The notes beneath the pieces were generated by a model that searched no databases, was not told where the DNA came from, and saw nothing but the letters and a program-made list of their open reading frames with translations. From positions 4,770-68,769 of IMG/VR virus record IMGVR_UViG_3300026157_000001: a stretch of 64,000 bases of DNA; one strand, written 5' to 3'. The position numbers and the translations under genes are program-made. This document shows, in pieces, positions 31,196-40,604 of the stretch (position 1 is the first letter of the stretch; every line of letters begins with the position of its first letter). Origin of the DNA: a virus.

Positions 31196-31672
31196 ATGCA
31201 CTCATTATACACAATAAACCTCTTTATTGACTATGCACAAGCATTCTTAGATGAAATAAGCCCTGATGATAAGCTTCAATGTAAGAAATACAGGGCATTA
31301 CAAACTAAACGTATGCTTGAGAATGCTAAGCTTAGAATTGACAGGCTATTAATGGCCAACCCCGGTCTCACGGAGAGCAGTCCGGATATAAAGCTGGCTA
31401 TACAGCGCTATAACCTGTATAATAGCCAAGCTATGGGTATTATCACCACCTCAAGCTCTTTAAATGGGGCTGAATTGCTGTTTGACGCCTTATCACAGGC
31501 TGAAAAGGCTATGTGGATGGCTAGAGACGGCATTATAACCCCTAAAAAGGCCATAGAGAGCTTAAACAAGGTAGAAGCTATTAAAAACGCTATGGAAACT
31601 AATGGTAACAGGGTTCCCGACACGATAATCCACAGATTAGAGGGAGTTAAAGGTTATATCGCTTGGATATAG
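31196..31672 (+). CDS. Hypothetical protein
   Basis: 158 aa ORF followed by a terminator. Confidence 0.7.
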   Translation: MHSLYTINLFIDYAQAFLDEISPDDKLQCKKYRALQTKRMLENAKLRIDRLLMANPGLTESSPDIKLAIQRYNLYNSQAMGIITTSSSLNGAELLFDALSQAEKAMWMARDGIITPKKAIESLNKVEAIKNAMETNGNRVPDTIIHRLEGVKGYIAWI

Positions 31673-31699
31673 CTTTTTAGCGTGTTAGTGAAACCCTCA

Positions 31700-31744
31700 G
31701 GTCAGCATCTTTACGGTGCTGGCCTTTTTTTTAGCTTAAGATTT
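31700..31744 (+). terminator. Intrinsic terminator followed by AGCTTAAGATTT
   Basis: GGTCAGCATC-TTTAC-GGTGCTGGCC plus T8. Confidence 0.75.
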
Positions 31745-32178
31745 GTTCGCTTCGCTCAAAGGCCGGCGCTGCCATATTGTCTGTTGACTGCAATACTGCC
31801 ATAGGATAGGTGACTATAGAGAAGTTTAAAAGCTTAAATTCGCCTAAATGGTCTTTGTTCGCCTTATTCGGCATATTTTTTCTCATTATATAGAATTGCT
31901 TTTTTACGCGCCTATTGGGTCGTACCCAGGGTTGCTCGCTGTAAGGCCGTGGTTAGCTTGTGCTTAGCTCAAATTGACTTTACCGCGTCCCACCATGCTC
32001 AATATTATAGGCCTTTAGGGGTGAAATGTCAGAAGTTTTTACTAGTATATCGAGACCTACGCTATATGTGGTATAGAACCTGTGATTTACTGTCGTGCCA
32101 CTTGTTACTAGTGGGTTTTCAAGCATTATATCAACTAAACTCTTTTTTGGTTTTGGTGTATCTTTAATAACTGGTAAT

Positions 32179-32433
32179 TCAACGCTGTCTTTCAAATATC
32201 GGCCTCTTTAAATCTCGTGTGTCTGCTGTTGTTTGTATAAATTGGTAATTGGGTATTATGTCGACAATTTCCGGGCTTACTCCATATACTAAACCATGGT
32301 CCCATGCAACTAGATACTCAACATGTTTTATAGGAGCGTATTTAGTTTTATCAGATTTGCGATAGTTACTAATATTAATTATCTCTCCCTCACATCCAGT
32401 ATTGTGACATCTAACTCTATATCCTATAGTCAT
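32179..32433 (-). CDS. Small SH3/KOW-like beta protein
   Basis: GYRVRC..TG.EGEI..YLVAWD, similar to its neighbour. Confidence 0.5.
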   Translation of the reverse strand: MTIGYRVRCHNTGCEGEIINISNYRKSDKTKYAPIKHVEYLVAWDHGLVYGVSPEIVDIIPNYQFIQTTADTRDLKRPIFERQR

Positions 32434-32439
32434 TATTAC

Positions 32440-32775
32440 CTACCTGTCTAATGTGTGTGGTTTATTTGTTATCGAAGTGTCTAATAGACTCTTATATGAT
32501 ACCTTTACATGATCAATATCTACAGTTTCTAGCCTACTAGGAGAGTTGCTCGCCATCCACATGACTTCTAGCTCTATCTTAGGCTTTCCTTTGACATGTA
32601 ATGTATTGCCCTGTGGTGTCTGTACAGGAATAAGTGATGTTGCCGTAGTTGAACTAGTTACATACCCTGTAGAGCCAGTACGTTTACATATTACTTCTTT
32701 CATAGGGTTATCTAGTATATATTTTAATTTTTGATCTGGCGACATACTATTGTGTGGTTTTGGGTATAAGAACAA
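32440..32775 (-). CDS. Small SH3/KOW-like beta protein (start probably further downstream)
   Basis: VICKRTG.TGYV..LEVMW. Confidence 0.5.
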   Translation of the reverse strand: MFLYPKPHNSMSPDQKLKYILDNPMKEVICKRTGSTGYVTSSTTATSLIPVQTPQGNTLHVKGKPKIELEVMWMASNSPSRLETVDIDHVKVSYKSLLDTSITNKPHTLDR

Positions 32776-32809
32776 TAGACACTAAACCCGTTAATTTTAA
32801 TATAACGAA

Positions 32810-33277
32810 ATGGATACAAATAAGCTAATACAAGAAATCCTAACTTCTATGGATATGCATGATATAGAGCCTGAGGATGTAAAGAAAGCTAGTTATGCTT
32901 CCACCGACTCCTTTATTGCTCAAAAGTTTATTCTTGGCCAAGATGTCCCTGATGAGGAATTTACAGAGGATTTTGCACAATCGCAAATTAAAGCTTTTAA
33001 TTTCCTGAATATCGCGCATCGTAAGCGAATGGAAGATGCTTTTGAATCTAAACCTAAAACAGGTAATGATGTCATGGACATGATGAGCAAGACAGAGATT
33101 CCACTATTGTGTATGACTATAGTTTCACAGATAGAGGCACTTCAAAATGTCATAGATCGCGCCGAAAACAAGGGCTATGATATTGTTGCTTTTTCTATGT
33201 TCACAGATGACGAACTAGACGATATAGAGGAAGAGCGAATTCATAAACTACATGGTTGGGAGCAAGACAATGAATAA
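32810..33277 (+). CDS. Hypothetical acidic protein
   Basis: ORF after the GGTATAAG motif at 32763. Confidence 0.7.
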   Translation: MDTNKLIQEILTSMDMHDIEPEDVKKASYASTDSFIAQKFILGQDVPDEEFTEDFAQSQIKAFNFLNIAHRKRMEDAFESKPKTGNDVMDMMSKTEIPLLCMTIVSQIEALQNVIDRAENKGYDIVAFSMFTDDELDDIEEERIHKLHGWEQDNE

Positions 33278-33713
33278 AGATCAAACTACAAACGAGATAA
33301 TTAGTGGTATTATATCACTTAATAAGTATATAGAAACACAATCTGATAAACTAGGAGCACAAAACGATCTAGATAAAGAGGATCGTGATCTAGATGTGAT
33401 GAAAGATGCAGTTTTATCCATATTTGTATCTGCCAAAATAAGGGCGCTTGCAATAGAAGCAACGTTCAGTCAGTTATCAGATCAAGAAGAGCAGCTAAGA
33501 GAACAGGGCTCAATAAAGGCTGCAAACAAGCATGCTAAACACCTCTTAGCTAGTATGCAGCAAGCTTATCAGATAATGAGTTCTATGTATATCTTAAACG
33601 ATGAACAAGAACTAGGAGTTGAGTTTACTGATGATGTAATGGTGCCTATGCTTGATTCTTTAACGCAGCTACATTTTCCAAATATAGTGGGAAAGAAAGA
33701 GGGTGAGGGTTAA
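33270..33713 (+). CDS. Hypothetical helical protein
   Basis: ORF, probably starting at MNKDQ. Confidence 0.7.
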   Translation: MNKDQTTNEIISGIISLNKYIETQSDKLGAQNDLDKEDRDLDVMKDAVLSIFVSAKIRALAIEATFSQLSDQEEQLREQGSIKAANKHAKHLLASMQQAYQIMSSMYILNDEQELGVEFTDDVMVPMLDSLTQLHFPNIVGKKEGEG

Positions 33714-33720
33714 ATAGAAA

Positions 33721-33764
33721 AAGGGAGGCATTTTACTGCTTCCCTTTTTTTTAGCTTAAGATTT
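33721..33764 (+). terminator. Bidirectional terminator followed by AGCTTAAGATTT
   Basis: GGGAGGCA..TGCTTCCC plus T8. Confidence 0.75.
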
Positions 33765-33774
33765 GTGTTACTAA

Positions 33775-34341
33775 CTACTGTATAGATGGTAATGGAATTC
33801 TTTTTAAATCTCTGCTTGACTTAGCTATAGATCGACCTCTACTCATGTGTTGATTTTTTATCCAATAGTCTACTGGCCCTTCACCTGCATGATATCTCTT
33901 AAGGTACATCTTTTCTTGTCCTTTAGCGTAATTTGTCGCTAGCTCTTGTGACCTACTGGAAAAGTCTCTGCCTAGTAGCGCTCCTAAATTATTAGCTTGT
34001 TGTCCTGTCCTGTCCGCCTCTCTAAAGTATGTTATGTCTAGATCTTTGCCTTTTAATTCATCTAATTTTCTGAGCCTACTCAACATGGCTTTCCTTGCTG
34101 CTTGTTGGCTTATCGCTATTTTTACTATCTCTGATTTTTTAATCATACTCTTTATCTTTTTAGATCCTCCTTTAATTCCTCCTTTAATTCCTAATGCAGC
34201 AGCTAAACCTAATCCAGCTGCAGCGCCTACTATAGCGCCTGCCTTCATATTCTTCTTTTCCTGGCCAGGCTCGGCAGACATATTACCTGCTACTGCTCCA
34301 GTACCTGTTCCAAGTGTTAATCCTGCTAATAGTCGGCCCAT
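33775..34341 (-). CDS. Gly-zipper modular virion protein
   Basis: LLAGLTLGTGTGAVAG, GAIVGAAAGLGLAAALG and IKKS/VKIA motifs. Confidence 0.7.
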   Translation of the reverse strand: MGRLLAGLTLGTGTGAVAGNMSAEPGQEKKNMKAGAIVGAAAGLGLAAALGIKGGIKGGSKKIKSMIKKSEIVKIAISQQAARKAMLSRLRKLDELKGKDLDITYFREADRTGQQANNLGALLGRDFSSRSQELATNYAKGQEKMYLKRYHAGEGPVDYWIKNQHMSRGRSIAKSSRDLKRIPLPSIQ

Positions 34342-34484
34342 TACACAATCCTGGTTTTAATTGGAAGTCCGTGAATTCTATCTACTGTGTCCACTATCCT
34401 ATTTTGATAAGCCTTTGTTACAGCTTTTGCACTGATAGCTGTCTTCTCTAATAAATATTCTAGTATTTCTGCTTTCTTACTCAT
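34341..34484 (-). CDS. 47 aa peptide with LLEKTA motif; missing from the ORF track
   Basis: MSKKAEILEYLLEKTAISAKAV..., with TAATG overlaps on both sides. Confidence 0.75.
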   Translation of the reverse strand: MSKKAEILEYLLEKTAISAKAVTKAYQNRIVDTVDRIHGLPIKTRIV

Positions 34485-36703
34485 TATTTTATTTCCGTTG
34501 CTGCTGCTTGTAGTCGTTCTAGTTGCATAACAACATCTGTCATACTATCTAATGCTGTCTTAATGGCGTCCGGATCTGTTTGTTCCATTCCCATACGTGA
34601 GGCTAGTAGCAGTTTGGCTAGTTCGCCCAGCACGTATTGAAAGGTAGGTAGCATAGCCAAGTATTCTTGTATATTTTTCTTTCTCAGCATGTTCAAGCTC
34701 AATATCGCATCAACTGATGTCTTATCACGGAATTGAGCAGCTATTTTAGTGAGATTTTTGCTAATTTTAAGCTTCTTATCGCCAAATTCAGCATATTTCT
34801 CTTTTAGCTTCTTTTCTACTCTTTCTAGTGACACTGGAGCAGCCATTCGGCCTTCTAGTTCACAAGAGTCACCCATTTTTAAGCTAGCGACCTTTTTAAG
34901 GTCTTTTTCCGTTGCTCCGCAGTGTAATGCAGCCCATTTTGCGTCATTTTTGTTTAAATTGCGAATTGGGTTTGTTTGAGCGTATTTTGCAAACTCTTCT
35001 CCCCTTAATCCGTATAATCCGGATTTATCACGGTAAACTTCATGAGAGCTGTGGAAATTAGTTAGATTAGCGCTTTTTTCTATGTCATGGTGCTCTGCAA
35101 ATACTAAATCTCCCTCATTAAGTACATATTGGTCTTTTTCTGCCAACCAAGTAGTATCTTGTGAGTTAGTAAGATAAAACGCCACTTTACGGAAGCCATT
35201 TAACCCTTCAACCTTTATTTGGGCCTCAAAGTCCTTTAATTCGGCCATTTTGTCGTTTTGGCCGCTTAATTTAACAAATTTTGCATTTTTTGGTACATAA
35301 TGACCAAAATTGTTCTTTTCATGCTTAGTAAACGTGTTGTCTGTAGTATTTACCGGATAATACGCTACTTTTTTAAATCCTTGTTCTCCTGAGATCTCGT
35401 AATTGCCAGGTCCGGCCATTTTTACTGTCCCAGTTACCTCAAAAGGCTCTGTTGCTGCCTCTTTTGTTACAAATACTCCAAAATCACCAATTTCAGGCTC
35501 TTTTCCTTCTAAATCTTCAAATTTAATCGTTGAGTTGGCTACTTTATCCCGATAAGTGTATTCTCCAGTCTTTTCAATGACTATAGCGCCATTTTTTGTG
35601 TCGTCGTGTCTTGATACGCAGTATGCTTGAGGATTTGGCTCTACTTTGGCTATTTTAGTGATCTCAAAGTCATCATATGCAACAAGATCGTCACTTTTGA
35701 CAGCTAAAACGCCTTTTTGACCCTCTTTTAGCGAATTCATGCTAAATGAGGCTTTTTTAATCTTTACAAAGCCTTCAACTTCAGGGTTCATCTTTGACTC
35801 ATCATTTAAAGCGACGTAATATTTGCCATCTTTTACATATTCTGCTTTATCTTCAGACTTAACTTCCTTCATCTTGGCAGCAAGTTTCTCATTTGCCATA
35901 ATAGGATCAAGATCTTTTCTGTCCAGTGCATCAACCTCTACTGTCCATGTCTTATCGACACGAGAGTTAGCCTGTTTGACAAAACTATTTCCATACTCAT
36001 CAGAGTATACCATTTGCCTGTCAACATCTAGGCCTCTGAAGTAATCATCCAGTACAGAAGACTTTGAGCTTTTTTTAGCTCTTTCTGCAATTTTTGTGAA
36101 TAGATCCATGTGACCATGCTTTTTATATGCTCTCTTGACTTCCGGTTCTTTAAGAGCTGCAATAGTCTCCATTGCATCATCAGTGTCTATATAAGACAAG
36201 TTTTCAATAACAGAAGCAACTTTAACAGCATCGCGTGTTGTGCGTCCACTGTTTCCGCCATAGTCCTGAGTAGGGCTAAATTGTAAGGCGTTGTTTGAAC
36301 CAAATAAAGACACATAGCCACCTCGACGTTTTCCAGTCTCAAGCTCTTTAAAAGCCTCTGGCTTCTGATAGATCTTGCTAATGAAATAGTCATTAAGTGG
36401 AAGTGATTCACCATTGATCATAAATATGTCCATTGGTGAGAGTTTAAATTCGTTTACGATTAGAGGCACTGAGCCACCTAATACATTTAAATGTCCAACA
36501 GCGTATCCTTTATCGTTGTCTTTTTTATTCCAGGTTACCCCGATTTGTTCTTTTTGTAAATAAGGAAATTGCTGCAGAAAGTTAGTTATGATCTCTTTGA
36601 CCCATAAGGTGCTATCTGAGGGAAGGAATACTGATCCCATCTCAGCGGATTTCTCGAACTCGCTGTCTATTTCCGGAAGTTCTTTTAAAAATAGATCGTT
36701 CAT
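34484..36703 (-). CDS. Large putative structural/head-associated protein
   Basis: 739 aa with many K-x-A motifs and an internal repeat (GF[KR]KVA[YF]Y). Confidence 0.65.
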   Translation of the reverse strand: MNDLFLKELPEIDSEFEKSAEMGSVFLPSDSTLWVKEIITNFLQQFPYLQKEQIGVTWNKKDNDKGYAVGHLNVLGGSVPLIVNEFKLSPMDIFMINGESLPLNDYFISKIYQKPEAFKELETGKRRGGYVSLFGSNNALQFSPTQDYGGNSGRTTRDAVKVASVIENLSYIDTDDAMETIAALKEPEVKRAYKKHGHMDLFTKIAERAKKSSKSSVLDDYFRGLDVDRQMVYSDEYGNSFVKQANSRVDKTWTVEVDALDRKDLDPIMANEKLAAKMKEVKSEDKAEYVKDGKYYVALNDESKMNPEVEGFVKIKKASFSMNSLKEGQKGVLAVKSDDLVAYDDFEITKIAKVEPNPQAYCVSRHDDTKNGAIVIEKTGEYTYRDKVANSTIKFEDLEGKEPEIGDFGVFVTKEAATEPFEVTGTVKMAGPGNYEISGEQGFKKVAYYPVNTTDNTFTKHEKNNFGHYVPKNAKFVKLSGQNDKMAELKDFEAQIKVEGLNGFRKVAFYLTNSQDTTWLAEKDQYVLNEGDLVFAEHHDIEKSANLTNFHSSHEVYRDKSGLYGLRGEEFAKYAQTNPIRNLNKNDAKWAALHCGATEKDLKKVASLKMGDSCELEGRMAAPVSLERVEKKLKEKYAEFGDKKLKISKNLTKIAAQFRDKTSVDAILSLNMLRKKNIQEYLAMLPTFQYVLGELAKLLLASRMGMEQTDPDAIKTALDSMTDVVMQLERLQAAATEIK

Positions 36704-36745
36704 TGTATTTTTGTTGTGTTGTCTTTATGTGTTGCTTCTGAGTTT

Positions 36746-36774
36746 AATATATTCTTTGAGTAGCTATTAGTCAA
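36746..36774 (-). promoter_or_regulatory. Sigma70-like promoter
   Basis: TTGACT-17-TATATT. Confidence 0.6.
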
Positions 36775-36781
36775 ACAGATT

Positions 36782-37093
36782 TTAGAGATCCTTTATATTC
36801 CTCTTGGTCCTTGACACTGAAGCCTTTACTTTTGTGCCTGCTTTACTCTGATAAGAAGAGCTTCCAGCTGCACCAGCTGATGCCGACCCGGCACCTATTG
36901 CTTTAAATGCAGTAGGTAAAGCTTTATTAATTGTGTCAATATCGTCTATAATATCCTTTAGGATAGGCTTAAGAGCCTCGGTGATAGCGTCTGCCAATAT
37001 ATCAGTATCTTGTTCTGGTAGTGGCCTTTGTACCTCTGCCTCTCTTAAGGCTTTTACAATTTCTCTGTTTATAGTATCTGATAGTTTACCCAT
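36782..37093 (-). CDS. Hypothetical protein (spike operon)
   Basis: ORF. Confidence 0.65.
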   Translation of the reverse strand: MGKLSDTINREIVKALREAEVQRPLPEQDTDILADAITEALKPILKDIIDDIDTINKALPTAFKAIGAGSASAGAAGSSSYQSKAGTKVKASVSRTKRNIKDL

Positions 37094-37331
37094 TATTATC
37101 CCTGTTTATTAATTTGATTGAGACGTCTTCGGTTAAAATTCTCCTTTCATCGAATATTCTTAGTGTGTCACTTACTTTAATAATCATACCTTGTGCGCAT
37201 AGTATATAACAAGTAGATCTGTTGCCCTGAGCAGTGATATAGTCATCGTCTGTCATACCTACCATGAATTCATTTTCGGTCTCGCTTTTAAACAAGCGGT
37301 TAATTAAATCTAGTGCTTCGTCGGCTTCCAT
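37086..37331 (-). CDS. Hypothetical protein
   Basis: ORF. Confidence 0.6.
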   Translation of the reverse strand: MEADEALDLINRLFKSETENEFMVGMTDDDYITAQGNRSTCYILCAQGMIIKVSDTLRIFDERRILTEDVSIKLINRDNNG

Positions 37332-37332
37332 G

Positions 37333-39033
37333 TTACTGCTTCTTGGTTGTTAGTGATTTGCTTATATTCTCTGACCAGTTCTCATATTGCTGTAGTTCTG
37401 TCAATACAGGTGGATTTAGTGGAGCAGGTGATCCAGGTGAAGTAGATATAGTGAAGTTGGTGCCATATGTTTTCATTAACCTGATTAAGGCTCCAAATAC
37501 CAGTGATTCACCGTTATAAGTAAGGCCTTCTGGTGTAATCTCGAGTATACTTGCATCTGTTACTTTTAGAGTGATCCTCTTACCATCTATTGTAATCTCG
37601 ACGTCGTCACTGCTTTTAAGTGAGAGCTTTTTGTTTGTTACAGTAATTGCCTCTATATCTTGTCCTTCTGTGTAATCTAGGATATATCCGTTGTTGACAG
37701 TGTGCCTAAATTGGAAATTGTCCGTCTTAAGAACCTCGCTGAAGGCATTCTGGTCAGTAAATATCTGTTGAGTAAAAATGCCGGTAGATGATCGCTCGAT
37801 TTCTCGAATATATGAAACATCAGGTGATCCAAAGGTTGATGTAATTGTATCTGATTCATTTGCCATATGACAGTAGTGTATACTGTCCCCTCCTAGAGTT
37901 TCCAAGGATTTATATTCTAATTGTCCACTGGTAAGCTGTTTTTTGTGGATTGCTTTGCGATATAAGGTCTGGTCGTCTAATTCTCCAAATGATTCAATAA
38001 ATTGATAAGCTGAATCACTGTCTAGGTTATAATCATAGCCTTGCCCCTGTCCTAAGGGGTTTGATATTGGATTTCCATAGGGAACTCCACTATTTAGGCC
38101 TTCATAAATCTGTTTTCTGTATATTTCACCACTTTGTTCGCCAGTCTGTAGCTCTCCATACCTTTCAAGCATGGTTCCCACGTTATTCTGTATATTTTTC
38201 TTATAGGATGTCTCTAATATCGTACCCTCAGGGTATTCTATGCCATCATAGCGCTCGTGTGTGGTCTGATAGCCAACTCTGTGTGATGTGACGACTGTTT
38301 TATCATAGGAATTAAGAGGCTGTTGGCTTTGCATTGTTTTTCGGTGATATACGACGTTTTCTCCGGGTATATTGCCATAATTATACACAACTTTGTTTGC
38401 ATAGTCGTATGCAGGCGTCATAGGAGGTAAAGGAGTGGAATTTCCTTGTTCTAGAGCTCTGTTTGCATCAGAAAAGCCTCTAATATCCTTTATATCAGTA
38501 TACACATGAGTGCTGAGTGTATTTTCTGTCTCTTTATTATATTCATCAAAGCGCCAACCGCCGGAATATAAAATCTTGGAGGTTCGTGATTTTGCTAAAA
38601 ACTCTTTCTTCGTTCCATCTATAGATACTTGAGCAAATTCATTAGACAGTAGAGCTGCATAGCCTTTTCTGTTTAATATGAGCTTTGCATTCTCTAGTCC
38701 GTTAACCGAGAGCTGCATTGCGCCCTCATCAAGCTTGTCAGGGGGTAATTGGCCATAGGCTGCAAATCCAAACGGCTGAGTGTATGCTATAATATTTCTT
38801 TGTCCTTCGCACTCTGCTACTAAGCACTCCTGCCCTACTGATGGGTAAGATAGCAAGCCGCTACCTACCACTGATGTGGGTAAAGGGCTAGGTGGTGTAG
38901 CTGTTCGTTCCCAAACGCCCCCTCCATCACTATCGATAGGTGACACATAAATCTCTCGTTGCGTCTCACCGTCATCCATAGGGACGGAAACTTTTACAAC
39001 TCTTGCTTTATATATTTTGGCCTGTTTATACAT
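37333..39033 (-). CDS. Putative baseplate spike (gp5/GpV-like)
   Basis: N-terminal OB-like ARVVKV..YPSVGQECLV and C-terminal beta-strand repeats. Promoter TTGATA-17-TATATT at 39041-39069. Confidence 0.5.
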   Translation of the reverse strand: MYKQAKIYKARVVKVSVPMDDGETQREIYVSPIDSDGGGVWERTATPPSPLPTSVVGSGLLSYPSVGQECLVAECEGQRNIIAYTQPFGFAAYGQLPPDKLDEGAMQLSVNGLENAKLILNRKGYAALLSNEFAQVSIDGTKKEFLAKSRTSKILYSGGWRFDEYNKETENTLSTHVYTDIKDIRGFSDANRALEQGNSTPLPPMTPAYDYANKVVYNYGNIPGENVVYHRKTMQSQQPLNSYDKTVVTSHRVGYQTTHERYDGIEYPEGTILETSYKKNIQNNVGTMLERYGELQTGEQSGEIYRKQIYEGLNSGVPYGNPISNPLGQGQGYDYNLDSDSAYQFIESFGELDDQTLYRKAIHKKQLTSGQLEYKSLETLGGDSIHYCHMANESDTITSTFGSPDVSYIREIERSSTGIFTQQIFTDQNAFSEVLKTDNFQFRHTVNNGYILDYTEGQDIEAITVTNKKLSLKSSDDVEITIDGKRITLKVTDASILEITPEGLTYNGESLVFGALIRLMKTYGTNFTISTSPGSPAPLNPPVLTELQQYENWSENISKSLTTKKQ

Positions 39034-39137
39034 ATATCATAATATACAGCAAAAAAGCTCCGATATCAATAACCTTGTTATTTTTTGGTATAAGAAGTAT
39101 GATACTAACCCATAACGATTAAATAAATGGTGACTAT

Positions 39138-39902
39138 ATGGACTTTGCAAAGTTCTTATCTATTCTGTTGTTCTTTTTCATTGTTTGTTCTCTTCCTTTT
39201 GCCTGGATAGGAGATAAACTATTAATTGAGATAAACCAACATGCCCAGTACCACGAACAACTTGATGCTGGCGACTATAAAGGCTCAAAAGGTAGAGCTG
39301 AATTAAGAGAAAGCCTTCATGATACAGGTAACAACATCATAGGCATTGCTTTTCTAACAACTTTAGCTTTTATCCCAATTGTGCCTATCAGCTATAAGAT
39401 CTTTAAAGTCTCTGCTTTTATGGCAATGGTTGGAGGAGCAAAGCTTACCTTTATATCTGATGAAAGCAAGCTTGGTTATTATATGAATGAAAGGGATAAC
39501 TATTGCTATTGTGTGGGAATAAAGCCTTGGGGAATATTGAATGCATCCCTAGTTCCCGGATTTAGTAATAGTAGTGACTCTAGAAATAGGAATATGAAAG
39601 TTCATAAAACACCTCCTAAAAAGAGTCTCTTAGCTAGATCTAAAGTAATAATAGGCAATAGGGAAAACGGCTGGAGAACAGATGAGTTTACTTTTCCATT
39701 TGCTATTCTAAGCTGGGACGATGACTATAAATGCCCAGTCGAGAAGCAGGCTGAAAAGGTAAGGCAAAACTTCGAAAGAGCGGTAATGCAAAGAAAGACC
39801 TTAGCAGACCCTAACTACAATCCGGATACCGCTCCAGAAGACGCAGACTATACTCTAATAGAGGACAAGGACAGTAGTGTCTATAACTATGGGAGGGGCT
39901 AG
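39138..39902 (+). CDS. Membrane protein, paralog of the next gene
   Basis: Two TM segments and a shared N.NG....P....W...YK.P motif. GGTATAAG at 39087. Confidence 0.7.
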   Translation: MDFAKFLSILLFFFIVCSLPFAWIGDKLLIEINQHAQYHEQLDAGDYKGSKGRAELRESLHDTGNNIIGIAFLTTLAFIPIVPISYKIFKVSAFMAMVGGAKLTFISDESKLGYYMNERDNYCYCVGIKPWGILNASLVPGFSNSSDSRNRNMKVHKTPPKKSLLARSKVIIGNRENGWRTDEFTFPFAILSWDDDYKCPVEKQAEKVRQNFERAVMQRKTLADPNYNPDTAPEDADYTLIEDKDSSVYNYGRG

Positions 39903-39903
39903 T

Positions 39904-40482
39904 ATGTCGATACTTATCAGACAGTCAGTATGGTCGATAGTATTGTTCTCACTTGGGCTTCTATCATATCTGATGGGAGCGTCCTTCCACTCTGGAGTGC
40001 CTCAACTGGTTATGCTCTTTCCAATGGTGGTGGGCCCTTTTCTTGGGTGTGCGGCCACTCTTAAGCTATACAGAATGTATAGATTCATGAAAGCATCGCC
40101 TAAGACAACAATGAGGATTATCCGAACTCCTTATGAGTTTGGAAGTTTCTTTCCAAGAGAAGGTCGAGAATATAACTTTCTGGGTCATAACACTTTAAAC
40201 CTTGAAAGATCAAACTCTATCCCTCCTTATAAAGAAGAAGGGACAATATACCTTGTACCCTTCGAGGTAACATTAAATAACCAGGTTTATATGAGAAACA
40301 AGAACGGTCACACATCAGAAATGTTAGAGCTTCCTATAATACTGTGTGAATGGCCTTCAGGGTATAAATCACCTGCTACAAAAGCCAAAGAGAAGTCGTA
40401 TAACGAATTTCGCTCTGGACTGCATCAGGCACATCTGTTATCGGATGGAAAACATGGCAAACCAATGCCACATTTAGAATAA
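39904..40482 (+). CDS. Membrane protein
   Basis: Two TM segments; paralogous C-terminal domain. Confidence 0.65.
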   Translation: MSILIRQSVWSIVLFSLGLLSYLMGASFHSGVPQLVMLFPMVVGPFLGCAATLKLYRMYRFMKASPKTTMRIIRTPYEFGSFFPREGREYNFLGHNTLNLERSNSIPPYKEEGTIYLVPFEVTLNNQVYMRNKNGHTSEMLELPIILCEWPSGYKSPATKAKEKSYNEFRSGLHQAHLLSDGKHGKPMPHLE

Positions 40483-40604
40483 GAGGGCTTTGCTCTCTTA
40501 TTTTTTTTATATTAACATTATGGCTCGGTAATGGGTATAAGAATCTTGAGTCAAAAACCATCAAATTTTAAACTAAGAATTACAATGAGAAGTATTAACA
40601 ATTA

